This document shows positions 35,198 to 35,772 of a DNA stretch of 35,772 nt, in pieces. Within the stretch, counting starts at the first letter, position 1; each line of letters starts with the position of its first letter. The notes under the pieces were generated by a model. It did not search any database. It was not told the origin of the DNA and was given only the letters and a program-made list of their open reading frames with translations. Source of the stretch: Gallionellaceae bacterium (GTDB lineage Bacteria > Pseudomonadota > Gammaproteobacteria > Burkholderiales > Gallionellaceae); assembly GCA_035260545.1 (NCBI GenBank), contig DATFUZ010000066.1:1-35772 (forward strand), written 5' to 3'. A program made the position numbers and the translations under genes.

Positions 35198-35772
35198 ATG
35201 AAATCCCCCATCCGCGTTGCCGTTACCGGAGCCGCGGGCCAGATCGGCTACAGCCTGGTGTTCCGCATCGCCAACGGCGACATGCTGGGCCGCGAACAGC
35301 CCATCATCCTGCAGTTGCTCGATGTGGCGCAGGCGCAGCAGGTGCTGCGCGGCGTGGCCATGGAGCTGGAGGACTGCGCGTTTCCCTTGCTGCAGCAGGT
35401 CATTACGACGGACGACCCCAGAGTCGCCTTCCGCGACGCGGAAGTCGCGCTGCTGGTCGGCGCGCGCCCGCGCAGCAAGGGGATGGAACGCAAGGACCTG
35501 CTGGAAGCCAACGGTGCGATCTTTTCCGAGCAGGGGCAGATGCTCAATGAATTCGCGGCACGGCACGTGAAGGTGCTGGTGGTGGGCAATCCTGCGAACA
35601 CCAACGCCCTGATCGCGATGAAGAATGCGCCCGATCTCGATCCCAAGAATTTCAGCGCGATGATGCGCCTGGACCACAACCGCGCCATCGCGCAGGTGGC
35701 GGCCAGGCTGTTTCAGCCGGTGCGCGACGTAAAGAAGATGGTGGTCTGGGGCAACCACTCCGGCACGCAGTA
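35198..35772 (+). CDS. mdh: Malate dehydrogenase (NAD-dependent), 3'-partial at the window edge
   Basis: My manual translation gives [31 protein letters not shown]…, the MDH Rossmann N-terminus. The frame stays open to the end of the window. The ribosome-binding site GGGAG lies 7 nt upstream. The gene is divergent from sdhC. It is absent from the ORF track because no stop lies in the window. Confidence 0.85.
   Translation, partial: MKSPIRVAVTGAAGQIGYSLVFRIANGDMLGREQPIILQLLDVAQAQQVLRGVAMELEDCAFPLLQQVITTDDPRVAFRDAEVALLVGARPRSKGMERKDLLEANGAIFSEQGQMLNEFAARHVKVLVVGNPANTNALIAMKNAPDLDPKNFSAMMRLDHNRAIAQVAARLFQPVRDVKKMVVWGNHSGTQ

Overview
The backbone is high-GC (roughly 65%), with two short lower-GC (about 50%) islets that look horizontally acquired. 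I did not find a CRISPR array, rRNA, transposase or integrase.

From left to right the window holds:
(1) 1-2300, a low-GC islet cut by the window edge. It carries a 5'-truncated hypothetical gene that is convergent with a two-gene minus-strand operon: a membrane-anchored XRE-HTH regulator with a palindromic operator, overlapping a small LRAT/PLAAT-like (circularly permuted NlpC/P60 papain-fold) enzyme with a C-terminal transmembrane anchor.
(2) 2404-9148, an expanded RtcR-controlled RNA-repair locus. rtcR (CARF, sigma-54 activator, HTH) is divergent from a sigma-54 promoter. That promoter is followed by a tRNA-Asn-like non-coding element with intact D-arm, anticodon arm (GUU) and T-arm but a degenerate acceptor stem and no CCA. 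A transmembrane-less SPFH/band-7 protein gene, rtcB, an internal intrinsic terminator, a pol-beta-superfamily nucleotidyltransferase gene and rtcA come next. No Ro60 gene is present.
(3) A small outer-membrane beta-barrel protein gene and a DUF4197-like secreted protein gene.
(4) 10790-12800, a second low-GC islet with two orphan genes. One is a 391-aa protein with a HEPN-like R-N-x3-H motif; the other is a 180-aa protein with two C-terminal transmembrane helices. Each is followed by a long inverted-repeat stem-loop.
(5) A housekeeping block: an RNB-family exoribonuclease, a TonB-C-domain protein, aroE, mtgA, a pabB-pabC fusion, and a minus-strand tRNA-Leu(UAG).
(6) A PAS-GGDEF-EAL membrane sensor gene.
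(7) A TCA-cycle cluster on the minus strand in the order sdhC-sdhD-sdhA-[790-aa multi-PAS/GAF/HD-GYP gene]-sdhB-sdhE-gltA-sucA-sucB-[YhdH/AcuI-type MDR reductase], with mdh divergent at the window end.

Many long ORFs antisense to real genes are GC-composition artefacts and I rejected them. Protein family calls come from motif recognition by eye. All family assignments need confirmation by search.
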